From positions 2,181 through 66,180 of the forward strand of contig JAYSFT010000003.1 in the NCBI GenBank assembly GCA_041913245.1: a stretch of 64,000 nucleotides of DNA, given 5' to 3'. How positions within the stretch are numbered: the first letter of the stretch is position 1; every line of letters starts with the position of its first letter. Source of the stretch: Rhodospirillaceae bacterium (GTDB lineage: Bacteria; Pseudomonadota; Alphaproteobacteria; Rhodospirillales; Rhodospirillaceae). Positions 1 to 7,185 of the stretch are shown one piece after another. The translations under genes and the position numbers were made by a program. The notes under the pieces are model-generated. The model made no database searches. It was not told the DNA's origin and worked only from the letters and a program-made list of their open reading frames with translations.

Positions 1-177
1 CGCTTCGTCCTGGAGGTCGTCGGCCATGTCGCGCGCGCTGTCGAGCGCGTCGTCGAGGTTCAATTTCTTCACCTGCGCGATGGCCTTGGCGACGTCCTTT
101 TTCAGGGCCGCCAGATCATCGATGATCGCTTCAATGTCAGCGCCGCTGACGTTCTCGAGTTTCTTACGAAGATCCAT
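1..177 (-). CDS. DUF883/ElaB-YqjD-like stress protein, N-terminal part (gene runs off left edge)
   Basis: Not in the ORF track (59 codons). Reverse strand from ATG 177-175 reads MDLRKKLENVSGADIEAIIDDLAALKKDVAKAIAQVKKLNLDDALDSARDMADDLQDEA and stays open to position 1. The charged coiled-coil style is typical of DUF883. An EcfG-like motif lies upstream. Confidence 0.45.
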   Translation of the reverse strand, partial: MDLRKKLENVSGADIEAIIDDLAALKKDVAKAIAQVKKLNLDDALDSARDMADDLQDEA

Positions 178-216
178 GGGTGGTCCCTTCCCACTGACAG
201 TTATCGACGAGAGGCG

Positions 217-242
217 AATGCCCGACACGTAAAAATCGTTCC
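217..242 (-). promoter_or_regulatory. EcfG-type promoter candidate (GGAAC-N17-CATT) for the DUF883 gene
   Basis: Plus strand shows AATG(217-220)-N17-GTTCC(238-242), which on the minus strand reads GGAAC-N17-CATT. One mismatch in the -10 element. It lies about 40 nt upstream of the ATG at 177. Confidence 0.4.
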
Positions 243-312
243 GCTTTTCATGATCGGCCCATCAACGGCCGGCGCTTCTTCCGGTTGCAAATCTCCAACG
301 TGTGCCGCGACC

Positions 313-337
313 GGAACTCTTGGGGTGGGCGGCCGTT
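313..337 (+). promoter_or_regulatory. EcfG-type promoter (GGAAC-N16-CGTT) for the DUF3309 gene
   Basis: GGAAC 313-317, 16-nt spacer, CGTT 334-337. Perfect match to the published EcfG/ECF15 consensus, 37 nt upstream of ATG 374. Confidence 0.65.
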
Positions 338-373
338 ACAGGAAGGAGCGAGCTTCATAAAAAGGAACGAACC

Positions 374-529
374 ATGCTCAGCACGATCCTCCTTATTCTG
401 CTCATCGCCCTCTTGATCGGCGCGTTGCCCAGTTGGCCCTACAGCCGGTCGTGGGGCTATTACCCCAGCGGCGCGTTCTCCATAGTACTCATCATCGTGG
501 TGGTCTTGCTACTTTCCGGGCGCATCTAA
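374..529 (+). CDS. DUF3309 family small membrane protein
   Basis: MLSTILLILLIALLIGALPSWPYSRSWGYYPSGAFSIVLIIVVVLLLSGRI. This is the DUF3309 pattern of two TM segments flanking a PxWPYSRxWGY core. Internal ATG of track ORF 302-529, with an AGGAA Shine-Dalgarno upstream. Confidence 0.75.
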   Translation: MLSTILLILLIALLIGALPSWPYSRSWGYYPSGAFSIVLIIVVVLLLSGRI

Positions 530-556
530 CGACGGATTCCCCTAAGCAAACGTAAA

Positions 557-592
557 ATGCCGCGGAGAACTTCGCTCCGCGGCATTTCCTTT
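557..592 (+). terminator. Rho-independent terminator after the DUF3309 gene
   Basis: 11-bp stem ATGCCGCGGAG(557-567)/CTCCGCGGCAT(575-585) with a 7-nt loop, followed by TTCCTTTG. Confidence 0.6.
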
Positions 593-596
593 GTGG

Positions 597-616
597 GTCG
601 TAGCCCGGGCTACGAC
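597..616. other. Perfect 20-bp palindrome GTCGTAGCCCGGGCTACGAC downstream of sodB
   Basis: Self-complementary over all 20 nt. Lies between the convergent DUF3309 and sodB 3' ends. No U-tract. Confidence 0.5.
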
Positions 617-632
617 TACATATTGACGTCCG

Positions 633-1256
633 TTACGCCGCCTTGGCGAAGTTCCGCGAGGCGAAATCCCAGTTCAGGAGTTTCTCGACCAGCGCGTCGA
701 CATGGTCTTTGCGCGCATTCTGATAGTCGAGATAGTAGGCGTGCTCCCACACGTCGACGGTCAGCAGGCACGGCGTTTCCGAAGCGATCGGCGTTTCGGC
801 GTCACGGGTGTCCTTCACCTTCAGCTTGCCGCCCTCGATCACCAGCCAGCCCCAGCCGCTGCCGAAGTGATCGGTGGATTTCGCCTTGAGTTCTTTCTTG
901 AGGGCTTCGAGCGAGCCGAAGTCGCGCACGATCGCGCCGGCCAGTTCCGCGCTCGGCTGCGTGGCGTTGGGAGACAGGCAGTTCCAATAGAAGGTGTGAT
1001 TCCACGCCTGCGCGGCGTTGTTGAAGATTTTCTTGTTCTTGTCGTCGCCGCTCGTCCGGGCGACGATCTCCTCCAGCGCGAGGCCGGCGAATTCCGTGTC
1101 CTTGATCAGCTCATTGAGCTTGTCGACATAGCCTTTGTGATGCTTGCCGTGATGGAAGGACAGGGTCTTCGCGGAGATCACGGGCGCCAGCGCGTCTTCG
1201 GCGAAGGGCAGCGGCGGCAGGACGAACGGACCGTGGGTGAGATCGCGCGGCGACAT
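633..1256 (-). CDS. sodB: Iron superoxide dismutase
   Basis: Contains ...FHHGKHHKGYV..., FNNAAQAWNHTFYWNCL (the FeSOD-type AQxWNH motif) and DVWEHAYYLDYQN. Start taken at ATG 1256 (MSPRD...), preceded by an AAGGAG Shine-Dalgarno. The track start 1271 is a TTG inside that Shine-Dalgarno. Confidence 0.95.
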   Translation of the reverse strand: MSPRDLTHGPFVLPPLPFAEDALAPVISAKTLSFHHGKHHKGYVDKLNELIKDTEFAGLALEEIVARTSGDDKNKKIFNNAAQAWNHTFYWNCLSPNATQPSAELAGAIVRDFGSLEALKKELKAKSTDHFGSGWGWLVIEGGKLKVKDTRDAETPIASETPCLLTVDVWEHAYYLDYQNARKDHVDALVEKLLNWDFASRNFAKAA

Positions 1257-1438
1257 GGATTTCTCCTTCAAAATAGAACCGGCAAAATAGAACCGGGCGC
1301 ACTAAAAGCAAAACGTGCCGGCGCTTCAAGTCACAAAACAGGGATGCAGCGTTGCACGAATGCGAGCCTCAAAAAGAATTTGGGGTCTGATCCCGAAGGA
1401 TCAAACCCCGAACGGCGTGTCGCGTTCTTCCTTTTGTT

Positions 1439-1624
1439 CTAGATCGGCGGCGTCGGCGGCGACTTGCCGCGCACGAGGTGAAGCACCAGGGTCACCAGGA
1501 ACACCAGGAGGAACAGGAAGAACAGGATCTGCGCGATCCCGGCCGAAGCCGAGGCCAGGCCGCCGAAACCAAGAACGCCGGCGATGATGGCCACGACCAG
1601 GAAGACAAGAGCCCAGCTCAGCAT
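1439..1624 (-). CDS. DUF1328 (UPF0391/YtjA-like) small membrane protein
   Basis: [44 protein letters not shown]... is the canonical DUF1328 sequence. AAGGAG Shine-Dalgarno upstream. Confidence 0.8.
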   Translation of the reverse strand: MLSWALVFLVVAIIAGVLGFGGLASASAGIAQILFFLFLLVFLVTLVLHLVRGKSPPTPPI

Positions 1625-1658
1625 GGAAAATCTCCTTTATCTGCGAAAGGCGCCGTCA

Positions 1659-1805
1659 TCACTTGCGGGCGTCCTCGGCGGCGTCGTCGATCGCATCGCC
1701 GGCCGAGCGCACGTCTTCGCCCACGCCCTCGACGGTATTGCAGGCGGCCAGGCTCAGTGAAAACGTGGTGATGAAAATCGCAAACAGTACTTTAAGGGCT
1801 TTCAT
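1659..1805 (-). CDS. Entericidin EcnA/B family lipoprotein (48 aa, missed by ORF track)
   Basis: Reverse strand reads MKALKVLFAIFITTFSLSLAACNTVEGVGEDVRSAGDAIDDAAEDARK. It has a lipobox (LAAC) and the entericidin NT(V/I)xG(V/A)G.D core. Its stop is 34 nt upstream of the DUF1328 start, so the two are probably co-transcribed. Confidence 0.7.
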   Translation of the reverse strand: MKALKVLFAIFITTFSLSLAACNTVEGVGEDVRSAGDAIDDAAEDARK

Positions 1806-1983
1806 GAAACGGTCCTCTTATGTCATTCGAGACAACGATTGCCCGAGACAACGATCGTCTTGAGCGGAATCTCGAAGGACTAACTCGCGAGCGGGCGCGA
1901 AGTTGCGGGCCGTTACGCGAGAGACGAAGATTTTCGCCCGCCGCGTGCGGCGAAATTGCGGCGAGATTCTCCCTTTGGAGTCC

Positions 1984-2772
1984 TTAAATGTCCGGCTGAT
2001 CTTCGGCGAGCAGCAGGGCCTGCGCGATCGTGGCCTTCACGCTGTCGGCCAGGAAGGGCTTGGTGACCAGGAAGGTCGGTTCCGGACGCTCGCCGGTCAG
2101 CAGGCGTTCCGGATAAGCGGTGATGAAGATCACCGGCGCCTCCACCTGTTCGAGAATGTCGGCGACCGCGTCGATGCCGGAGCTGTTGTCGGCCAGTTGG
2201 ATGTCCGCGAGGATCAGGCCCGGGCGCCATTTGCCCACGGCGCTCACCGCTTCCTTGCGCGTGCGCACCACGGCGAAAACGTTGTGGCCCATTTCCTCGA
2301 CAATATTCGAAAGATCCAGCGAGATGATCGGCTCGTCCTCGATGATCAGCACCGACGTCGGGCTCTGCGCCACCAGGTCGTACAGCGCTTCCTTCACCAT
2401 GCGGCCGATTTCGTCCGGCGTCTTGTCCAGGATCTGCGCGGCTTCGGCCTGCGTGAAGTCTTCCATCGCGGTCAGCAGCAGCGCCTGGCGGCGCGCGACG
2501 CCGAGCGCATCGAGACGGTCGCGGAAACGGTCGCCGCTGTCGCCCTTCGCCGCGAGTCCGCGCGCCGGCTGCGTGCCCGACCAGATGACGTGGAACATGC
2601 GGTACAGCGCCACGCGCGGATGCATATCGCGGTGATAACGGTCCGGCGATTCCACGATGGCTTCCAGGGTGGCGCGCACGTACGCATCGCCACTGGCCTG
2701 CGAGCCGGTCAACGCGCGCGCGTAGCGCCGCAGGAATGGAAGGTGGGATGCGATTTCGTGGGACAGCGACAT
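1984..2772 (-). CDS. phyR: PhyR anti-anti-sigma response regulator (sigma-like N-domain plus receiver)
   Basis: N-terminus MSLSHEIASHLPFLRRYARALTGSQASGDAYV... is ECF-sigma-like. The C-terminal receiver reads SVLIIEDEPIISLDL...GLILADIQLAD...PVIFITAYPERLL. Start taken at ATG 2772. Confidence 0.9.
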   Translation of the reverse strand: MSLSHEIASHLPFLRRYARALTGSQASGDAYVRATLEAIVESPDRYHRDMHPRVALYRMFHVIWSGTQPARGLAAKGDSGDRFRDRLDALGVARRQALLLTAMEDFTQAEAAQILDKTPDEIGRMVKEALYDLVAQSPTSVLIIEDEPIISLDLSNIVEEMGHNVFAVVRTRKEAVSAVGKWRPGLILADIQLADNSSGIDAVADILEQVEAPVIFITAYPERLLTGERPEPTFLVTKPFLADSVKATIAQALLLAEDQPDI

Positions 2773-2951
2773 GGTTGGCAAATCCTATTGTATCCCCGCG
2801 CGGACGACGCGCGATGGAAGGATAAGGTTAAACAGGGCACCCGGCATGAGACTAATTCATTTTGACGGAGCGTGGAAATCGTCCGGGACGCTGAGGGAAC
2901 GATGACGGCGGGAAGGTCTGGCGCGCAGGGAATACTTTTGCCCTAACGCAG

Positions 2952-2976
2952 AACGCCGCCTCGGGGGATTAGTTCC
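2952..2976 (-). promoter_or_regulatory. EcfG-type promoter (GGAAC-N16-CGTT) upstream of phyR
   Basis: Plus strand shows AACG(2952-2955)-N16-GTTCC(2972-2976), a perfect consensus on the minus strand. It lies about 180 nt upstream of the phyR ATG and downstream of the 99-aa ORF stop. Confidence 0.6.
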
Positions 2977-3027
2977 CGGGGCGTGCAAATTTTTTTACGG
3001 CTCTTGATCCCCCGGCACGGCCAGGCC

Positions 3028-3327
3028 TTAATGGACGGCGTTGCCGAGCTTTGTCGGAGCGGCGGGGGTTTCGGCCTGCGGACCCTTGGTCTCGTCCTCC
3101 AGCGCCAGAAGCGCGCTGACGATGGCGCCGAGGTGGCTGTTTTCACCGGCGGTCATGTTCTCCTCCTCGGCCGTCTGCAGAAGGCGGGCGTCGACTTCCC
3201 AGGCGCGCAGGATGTCGATCTTGGCCTCGCGCGAAAGGCCCGGGTGCACGAGGACGTCTTTCGGGTGTTGGAAGTACTTGCTCGGGTTCACCTTGGCGTC
3301 GGCGACGTTCAGTTGCGGAGCGGGCAT
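3028..3327 (-). CDS. Hypothetical 99-aa protein, probable GSR regulon member
   Basis: Coding-like composition (MPAPQLNVADAKVNPSKYFQHPKDVLVHPGLSREAKIDILRAWEVDARLLQTAEEENM...). A perfect EcfG motif lies 36 nt upstream of its ATG. No family recognised. Confidence 0.6.
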   Translation of the reverse strand: MPAPQLNVADAKVNPSKYFQHPKDVLVHPGLSREAKIDILRAWEVDARLLQTAEEENMTAGENSHLGAIVSALLALEDETKGPQAETPAAPTKLGNAVH

Positions 3328-3362
3328 CGTGTCACCACATGCGGTTTGGCTTCACCCCCGGA

Positions 3363-3388
3363 AACGCCGGGCGTTCCGGCAAAGTTCC
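3363..3388 (-). promoter_or_regulatory. EcfG-type promoter (GGAAC-N17-CGTT) for the 99-aa ORF
   Basis: Plus strand shows AACG(3363-3366)-N17-GTTCC(3384-3388), a perfect consensus on the minus strand. Confidence 0.65.
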
Positions 3389-3450
3389 CGGCCTTTCAGG
3401 GGGTTGCCGGCGAGGTCCCCGGAAAAACGCGGCCCCCGAGGGGTTTCGTT

Positions 3451-3476
3451 GAAACTCTTTTCTACTTAGGAGCGTT
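3451..3476 (+). promoter_or_regulatory. EcfG-type autoregulatory promoter candidate (GAAAC-N17-CGTT) for ecfG
   Basis: GAAAC 3451-3455, 17-nt spacer, CGTT 3473-3476. It lies 38 nt upstream of ATG 3514, with one mismatch in the -35 element. Confidence 0.55.
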
Positions 3477-3513
3477 GTTACTAGTATCGGGCTACATACC
3501 AAGGGACGGGCGA

Positions 3514-4065
3514 ATGGCGAACGAATTCCACCAGATGCTGCTTGAACATCTGCCGCGTCTGCAGGCTTACGCGATCATGCTCACGCGCGACCGCGCCCAG
3601 GCCGAGGATCTTTTGCAGGAAACGTCCCTGCGGGCGCTGCGCGCGCAGAACCAGTTCATGATGGGCACGAACTTCACCGCGTGGATCTATAAAATCCTGC
3701 GCAACGAATACATCAGCTCGCTGCGCCGCAAGAAACGCCAGCCGGTGCAGATCGAAGACATGCCGGCCGAATTCCTTTCGCGCAAGGGCGAGCAGGAGAA
3801 CGACGTGCTCTCGCGCGAGATCATCGCCGCGATGGACAAGCTCCAGCATGGCCAGCGCGAAGTGCTGATCCTGATCTGCGCCAGCGGTCTCAGCTATGAA
3901 GAAGCCGCCGAAGCGCTCGGATGCTCCGTCGGCACCATCAAGAGCCGCCTGTGGCGCGCCCGCGCCCGCATGGCTTCGCTGATCATGGGTGACGACGAGA
4001 CGAAGACGGGCAAGGGCCGCGACTTCATCGAGCCGCCGCGCGAAATGGCCGGCGCGTCCCTATAA
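3514..4065 (+). CDS. ecfG: EcfG-type ECF sigma factor (general stress response sigma)
   Basis: MANEFHQMLLEHLPRLQAYAIMLTRDRAQAEDLLQETSLRALRAQNQF...FTAWIYKILRNEYIS (region 2). Then ...REVLILICASGLSYEEAAEALGCSVGTIKSRLWRAR (region 4). Internal ATG of track ORF 2983-4065. Adjacent to phyR and nepR. Confidence 0.9.
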   Translation: MANEFHQMLLEHLPRLQAYAIMLTRDRAQAEDLLQETSLRALRAQNQFMMGTNFTAWIYKILRNEYISSLRRKKRQPVQIEDMPAEFLSRKGEQENDVLSREIIAAMDKLQHGQREVLILICASGLSYEEAAEALGCSVGTIKSRLWRARARMASLIMGDDETKTGKGRDFIEPPREMAGASL

Positions 4066-4198
4066 GGTTGCCCCTTCACCGACGCTCGCTTTACTATGTT
4101 GCCGGAAGAGGGCGCCAAGATCCTCGCATGAGCCCCGATGCCACTAAACCGGGCAAATTCCCACAGCCGGTCTTTCTACAGGTTGTTCGCGACCCATC

Positions 4199-4399
4199 AT
4201 GAGTGAGAAACCAAAGACAAAGCCCGAAATGGCGGCGCCGACGCCGCGTCCGCAGGCAAAATTCAATCCGGCCTTCGATTCATGGCTGGAAACCAAGCTC
4301 CATAGGATTTTCGATTCCGTCGCGTCCGAGCCCCTGCCCCCGGATCTCGTGAAGCTGCTCGGCCAGATCGACGAAGCGGAAGAAAACAAAAAGAAGTAG
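4199..4399 (+). CDS. nepR: NepR anti-sigma factor
   Basis: 66 aa. The core LHRIFDSVASEPLPPDLVKLLGQIDE matches the NepR signature (L..(I/L)(Y/F)..V..EP(L/V)P..(L/F)..LL..(I/L)D). Confidence 0.75.
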   Translation: MSEKPKTKPEMAAPTPRPQAKFNPAFDSWLETKLHRIFDSVASEPLPPDLVKLLGQIDEAEENKKK

Positions 4400-4420
4400 C
4401 GACTTTTTTGTTTTCGTTTT

Positions 4421-4494
4421 CCGGTCATCCTGGGGCTTGCCCCAGGGTTTTTTCGTCACTCCGGGCTGCGCCCAGGGTGACGAGGTGTGACCGG
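4421..4494. repeat. REP/MITE-like dispersed element, copy A (approximate bounds)
   Basis: GGTCATCCTGGGGCTTGCCCCAGGG...CGTCACTCCGGGC...GCCCAGGGTGACG. Related copies lie at about 12870-12945 and 21510-21590, all intergenic, with imperfect inverted arms GTCAYCCYGGGC. Confidence 0.5.
4429..4453 (+). terminator. Rho-independent terminator after nepR
   Basis: Stem CCTGGGG(4429-4435)/CCCCAGG(4440-4446), loop CTTG, then G plus TTTTTT (4448-4453). It forms part of a REP-like element. Confidence 0.7.
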
Positions 4495-4495
4495 T

Positions 4496-4708
4496 TTACG
4501 ACGGCTTCTTATGCCGGTGCCCCGGCGCGGCGTGGCGCTTGCCCTCCTCTTCGGCCCGCGCGAGTTCTTCGGCCTCGTCGCTGTCGAGGCTCTTCTCGGC
4601 GGCCTTGGCGGCCGGCTCGACCTTGCCCGATTTCGCGAACGCCTCGGCCGCGTCGTTGTATTGCTTGGCGGCCGTGCGGCTGCCTTCGCCTTCGTTCTTC
4701 TGCGTCAT
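4496..4708 (-). CDS. Hypothetical small hydrophilic protein (70 aa)
   Basis: MTQKNEGEGSRTAAKQYNDAAEAFAKSGKVEPAAKAAEKSLDSDEAEELARAEEEGKRH... has the charged, low-complexity look of small stress proteins. ATG 4708 is preferred over the track GTG at 4723. Confidence 0.45.
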   Translation of the reverse strand: MTQKNEGEGSRTAAKQYNDAAEAFAKSGKVEPAAKAAEKSLDSDEAEELARAEEEGKRHAAPGHRHKKPS

Positions 4709-4770
4709 GGTTCCTGTCTCCACTGTGAGCGTGGAGATGAAACGCGCCGGGGGCCCGGTTTGGTTCCGCG

Positions 4771-5886
4771 CTACTTGCGTTCCGCGAACAAGCGTACGTC
4801 GCCTCGTGCGTCTTCACGCGCCGGCGCGGTCTCATCGTAGTTCTGGTCGCGGTTCTCCTCCCGGCGCTGCTGACGCCACCAGTAGGCCAACACCACCTTG
4901 CCCACCGCCACCACCGGGATGGCGATGAAGATCCCGAGCACGCCCCACAGCTTTCCGCCGAGCAGCACGGCGAAAATCACCAGCGCCGGATTGAGGCGCA
5001 CGCGGTCGCCGATCAGCCACGGCGACAGGAAACTCGATTCGATGAACTCGGTGATCAGGTAGGTCGCCCCGATGCCGAGCATCAGATAACTGTCCCATCC
5101 GCCCTGGGTCACGCCGGTGGTCACCGCGACGATGACGCTGATGGCCGTTCCGATATAAGGAAGGAACTTGAAAGCGCCGGACATGACCCCGATCACGATG
5201 GCGTAGTTCAGGCCGCTCGCGTAGAGGCCGAGGCTGTACAGCACCGCGCAGCACACGCACACCCAGGCCTGGCCGTGAAGGAAGGCCGCCATCACGCGGT
5301 CGATGTGGCGCCCGAGATCGCGCAGCGCCGGGCGCTTGTCCGCCGGCGCTTCGTCCACCAGCCAGGTCAGCGTGCGCTGCCAGTCCTTGAGCAGGTAGAA
5401 CGTCACCACCGGCGTCAGGAGCAGGAGGCCGAACGTGGTGGCGAGCGATGTGGCCAGCGGCACCGCGACGTCGGCGACGGGCGGTTCGGTCGGCGTCGGC
5501 TTCACGAGGCCGCCGAGGCCGATCTGCTGCAAAGCCGGGAAGTAGGGCCGCAGTTCCTGGCGGATCTCGCGCATCAGCCCCGTGAACACCTTCTGCAGTT
5601 CCCGCACCACCTCCTGCATCTGCTGGTAGACGAGCGGTCCCGCGATGGCCAGCGTGGCGCCGATGGCGAGCACGATGGTCGAGGTGATGATCGCCGCCGC
5701 CAGCGCGCGCGACATCCCGCGCTTCTCGAGCCAGGTGGTCAGGGGATCGAACAGATACGCGAAGATGATGCAGATGACGAACAGCGCCAGGATATCGCCC
5801 GCCAGCCAGACCAGCGCGGCGAACACGAGCCCCGCCAGGACGAGCAGGAGAAGCTGGGATGTGATGGAGGCAGGCATGGGCGTCAT
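4771..5886 (-). CDS. AI-2E family transporter (PerM/YhhT, UPF0118)
   Basis: Polytopic membrane protein. FAYLFDPLTTWLEKRGMSRALAAAI... and FLPYIGTAISVIVAV...PWLIGDRVRLNPALVIFAVLLGGKLWGVLGIFIAIPV are typical of AI-2E/UPF0118. Confidence 0.85.
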   Translation of the reverse strand: MTPMPASITSQLLLLVLAGLVFAALVWLAGDILALFVICIIFAYLFDPLTTWLEKRGMSRALAAAIITSTIVLAIGATLAIAGPLVYQQMQEVVRELQKVFTGLMREIRQELRPYFPALQQIGLGGLVKPTPTEPPVADVAVPLATSLATTFGLLLLTPVVTFYLLKDWQRTLTWLVDEAPADKRPALRDLGRHIDRVMAAFLHGQAWVCVCCAVLYSLGLYASGLNYAIVIGVMSGAFKFLPYIGTAISVIVAVTTGVTQGGWDSYLMLGIGATYLITEFIESSFLSPWLIGDRVRLNPALVIFAVLLGGKLWGVLGIFIAIPVVAVGKVVLAYWWRQQRREENRDQNYDETAPAREDARGDVRLFAERK

Positions 5887-5988
5887 GAAAGCGCCAGGGC
5901 GCCGAAGGGGACGGGGTCCCCATTATAAGCGCACGGGAGCGGCCTTCACTAGGCCGCTCCCGCCGTCTTTGAGGGCGGAACGCCCGAT

Positions 5989-6192
5989 TTAGTGAAGCGT
6001 CTTTTCCCAGTCCTTCACCTGGCGTTCGGCGGCGTCCTTTTGGATGCCGTAGCGCTCCTGGATCCGCCCCACCAGCTGATCGCGCTGGCCTGAAATCACG
6101 TCCAGATCATCGTCCGTGAGGTGGCCCCACTTCTCCTGGACCTTGCCCTTGAGTTGTTTCCAGTTACCGCTGACTCGATCCCAATTCATCAT
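5989..6192 (-). CDS. CsbD family general stress protein
   Basis: MMNWDRVSGNWKQLKGKVQEKWGHLTDDDLDVISGQRDQLVGRIQERYGIQKDAAERQVKDW is the canonical CsbD repeat. Confidence 0.85.
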   Translation of the reverse strand: MMNWDRVSGNWKQLKGKVQEKWGHLTDDDLDVISGQRDQLVGRIQERYGIQKDAAERQVKDWEKTLH

Positions 6193-6222
6193 GATGCGTG
6201 TTCACCTTTTTTTGTTGCGTGG

Positions 6223-6408
6223 CTAGATCACGAAGGCCCAGGCCAGCACCAGCGCGACCAGCGCCGCGGACAGCGAGACCATGAGGACGTAGCGGACGCC
6301 ATGGCCCGTTTCCCCCTGACGCACGTCGTTCACCGTCAGGGTTTCCGGGTCCTTGGGCGGGGCCGACATATCCGCCGGCGGGTCGAATGGCTTCATGAGA
6401 GCCTCCAT
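6223..6408 (-). CDS. Small membrane-anchored hypothetical protein (61 aa), upstream of csbD
   Basis: MEALMKPFDPPADMSAPPKDPETLTVNDVRQGETGHGVRYVLMVSLSAALVALVLAWAFVI has a single C-terminal TM segment. Its stop is 30 nt before csbD. An EcfG-like motif lies upstream. Confidence 0.5.
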   Translation of the reverse strand: MEALMKPFDPPADMSAPPKDPETLTVNDVRQGETGHGVRYVLMVSLSAALVALVLAWAFVI

Positions 6409-6457
6409 CTGCGTTGGGGCGCGCGGGGGAAGGATGTGCGCCCGTCCCGGCAGGCAT

Positions 6458-6483
6458 AACGCCGTGGACGGCGGGAAAGTTTC
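6458..6483 (-). promoter_or_regulatory. EcfG-type promoter candidate (GAAAC-N17-CGTT) for the small-membrane-protein/csbD unit
   Basis: Plus strand shows AACG(6458-6461)-N17-GTTTC(6479-6483). It lies about 50 nt upstream of ATG 6408. Confidence 0.5.
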
Positions 6484-6506
6484 TCGCGCGCTGCGCGAAC
6501 CGCCGT

Positions 6507-6899
6507 TCAGACGCGGTTTCGCTGCGCTTTCCAGCGCGCATAGTCCTCGTCAAGGCGCGCTTCCTGCGCCCGGCGCCACGCGCGGTAGTCGTCGTCGTGG
6601 GCGCGCAGCCGCGCCGCGCGCCAGCGCCGGTAGACGCCGTCGCTGTCGCTGCGCGACATCTGTTCGTTGCTGTCGCTGCCGAAGGCGCGCTCCGAGGCCA
6701 GCCCGTCCAGGCCCGTGCCCGCGGCCTGGCCGCGCCATTCGCGCTTCGGCCTCCGGCCATGACCGCCGCCGTAATTTTCCCGCTCGTAGTCGCGGCCCTC
6801 GAATGTCGCGGCGCCGCTGCGCGTCGTGCGGATTCTCTTTTCATGCGCGCCGCCGTAATTCGGCGTGTCATTTCGTCCGGATTCGTCGCGGCGCGGCAT
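6507..6899 (-). CDS. Hypothetical Arg/Gly-rich protein with C-terminal YRxWR repeats
   Basis: ...GVYRRWRAARLRAHDDDYRAWRRAQEARLDEDYARWKAQR resembles, from memory, the C-terminal tail of SWFGD-type stress proteins. An EcfG-like motif lies upstream. It competes with several Arg-rich alternate-frame ORFs. Confidence 0.45.
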   Translation of the reverse strand: MPRRDESGRNDTPNYGGAHEKRIRTTRSGAATFEGRDYERENYGGGHGRRPKREWRGQAAGTGLDGLASERAFGSDSNEQMSRSDSDGVYRRWRAARLRAHDDDYRAWRRAQEARLDEDYARWKAQRNRV

Positions 6900-6940
6900 G
6901 CGGGGACTCTCTTCAGCGCATGGGGAACGGGTGTCGGCAT

Positions 6941-6966
6941 AACCCGCGCGCGCGATTCAAAGTTCC
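6941..6966 (-). promoter_or_regulatory. EcfG-type promoter candidate (GGAAC-N17-GGTT)
   Basis: Plus strand shows AACC(6941-6944)-N17-GTTCC(6962-6966). One mismatch in the -10 element. It lies about 42 nt upstream of ATG 6899. Confidence 0.4.
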
Positions 6967-7109
6967 GCGCCCCGTCCCGCGCGAACCGCGCATCGTCTCC
7001 GGCGCGAGGTGTAACGGCCGCGTACACCGCTGCCTTGAGGTTGCCGCTTTTCGGTCAAATTTGCCTTGAAAATACAGGGATTTAGCCAGGGATTCCGGCG
7101 CGCCGGAAC

Positions 7110-7135
7110 GGAACCAATCCGCGCCTGTCCACGTT
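7110..7135 (+). promoter_or_regulatory. EcfG-type promoter (GGAAC-N17-CGTT) for the SH3 protein gene
   Basis: GGAAC 7110-7114 (a second overlapping GGAAC lies at 7105-7109), 17-nt spacer, CGTT 7132-7135. It lies about 50 nt upstream of ATG 7186. Confidence 0.65.
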
Positions 7136-7185
7136 CTTTTTTCACGGCCGCCGATCTCTCCCGCGGCCGGGTTTCGAGGATGGTT

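Noticed and set aside
1272-1300. Direct repeat AAATAGAACCGG x2 upstream of sodB as a regulatory site or EcfG promoter
   Set aside because: It has only two short copies and no match to GGAAC-N16/17-CGTT on the sodB strand. I could not support a specific call.
4741-4767. EcfG-type promoter for the 70-aa ORF (plus strand AACG-N18-GTTCC)
   Set aside because: The 18-nt spacer is outside the 16-17-nt range of characterised EcfG promoters, and the motif abuts the stop codon of the AI-2E gene. I kept it only as a weak possibility.
6164-7085. Overlapping 223-287-aa ORFs in three frames
   Set aside because: Arg/Ala/Pro-rich noise. The only coding-like reading in this span is the 130-aa ORF 6507-6899, which also has an EcfG-like promoter.
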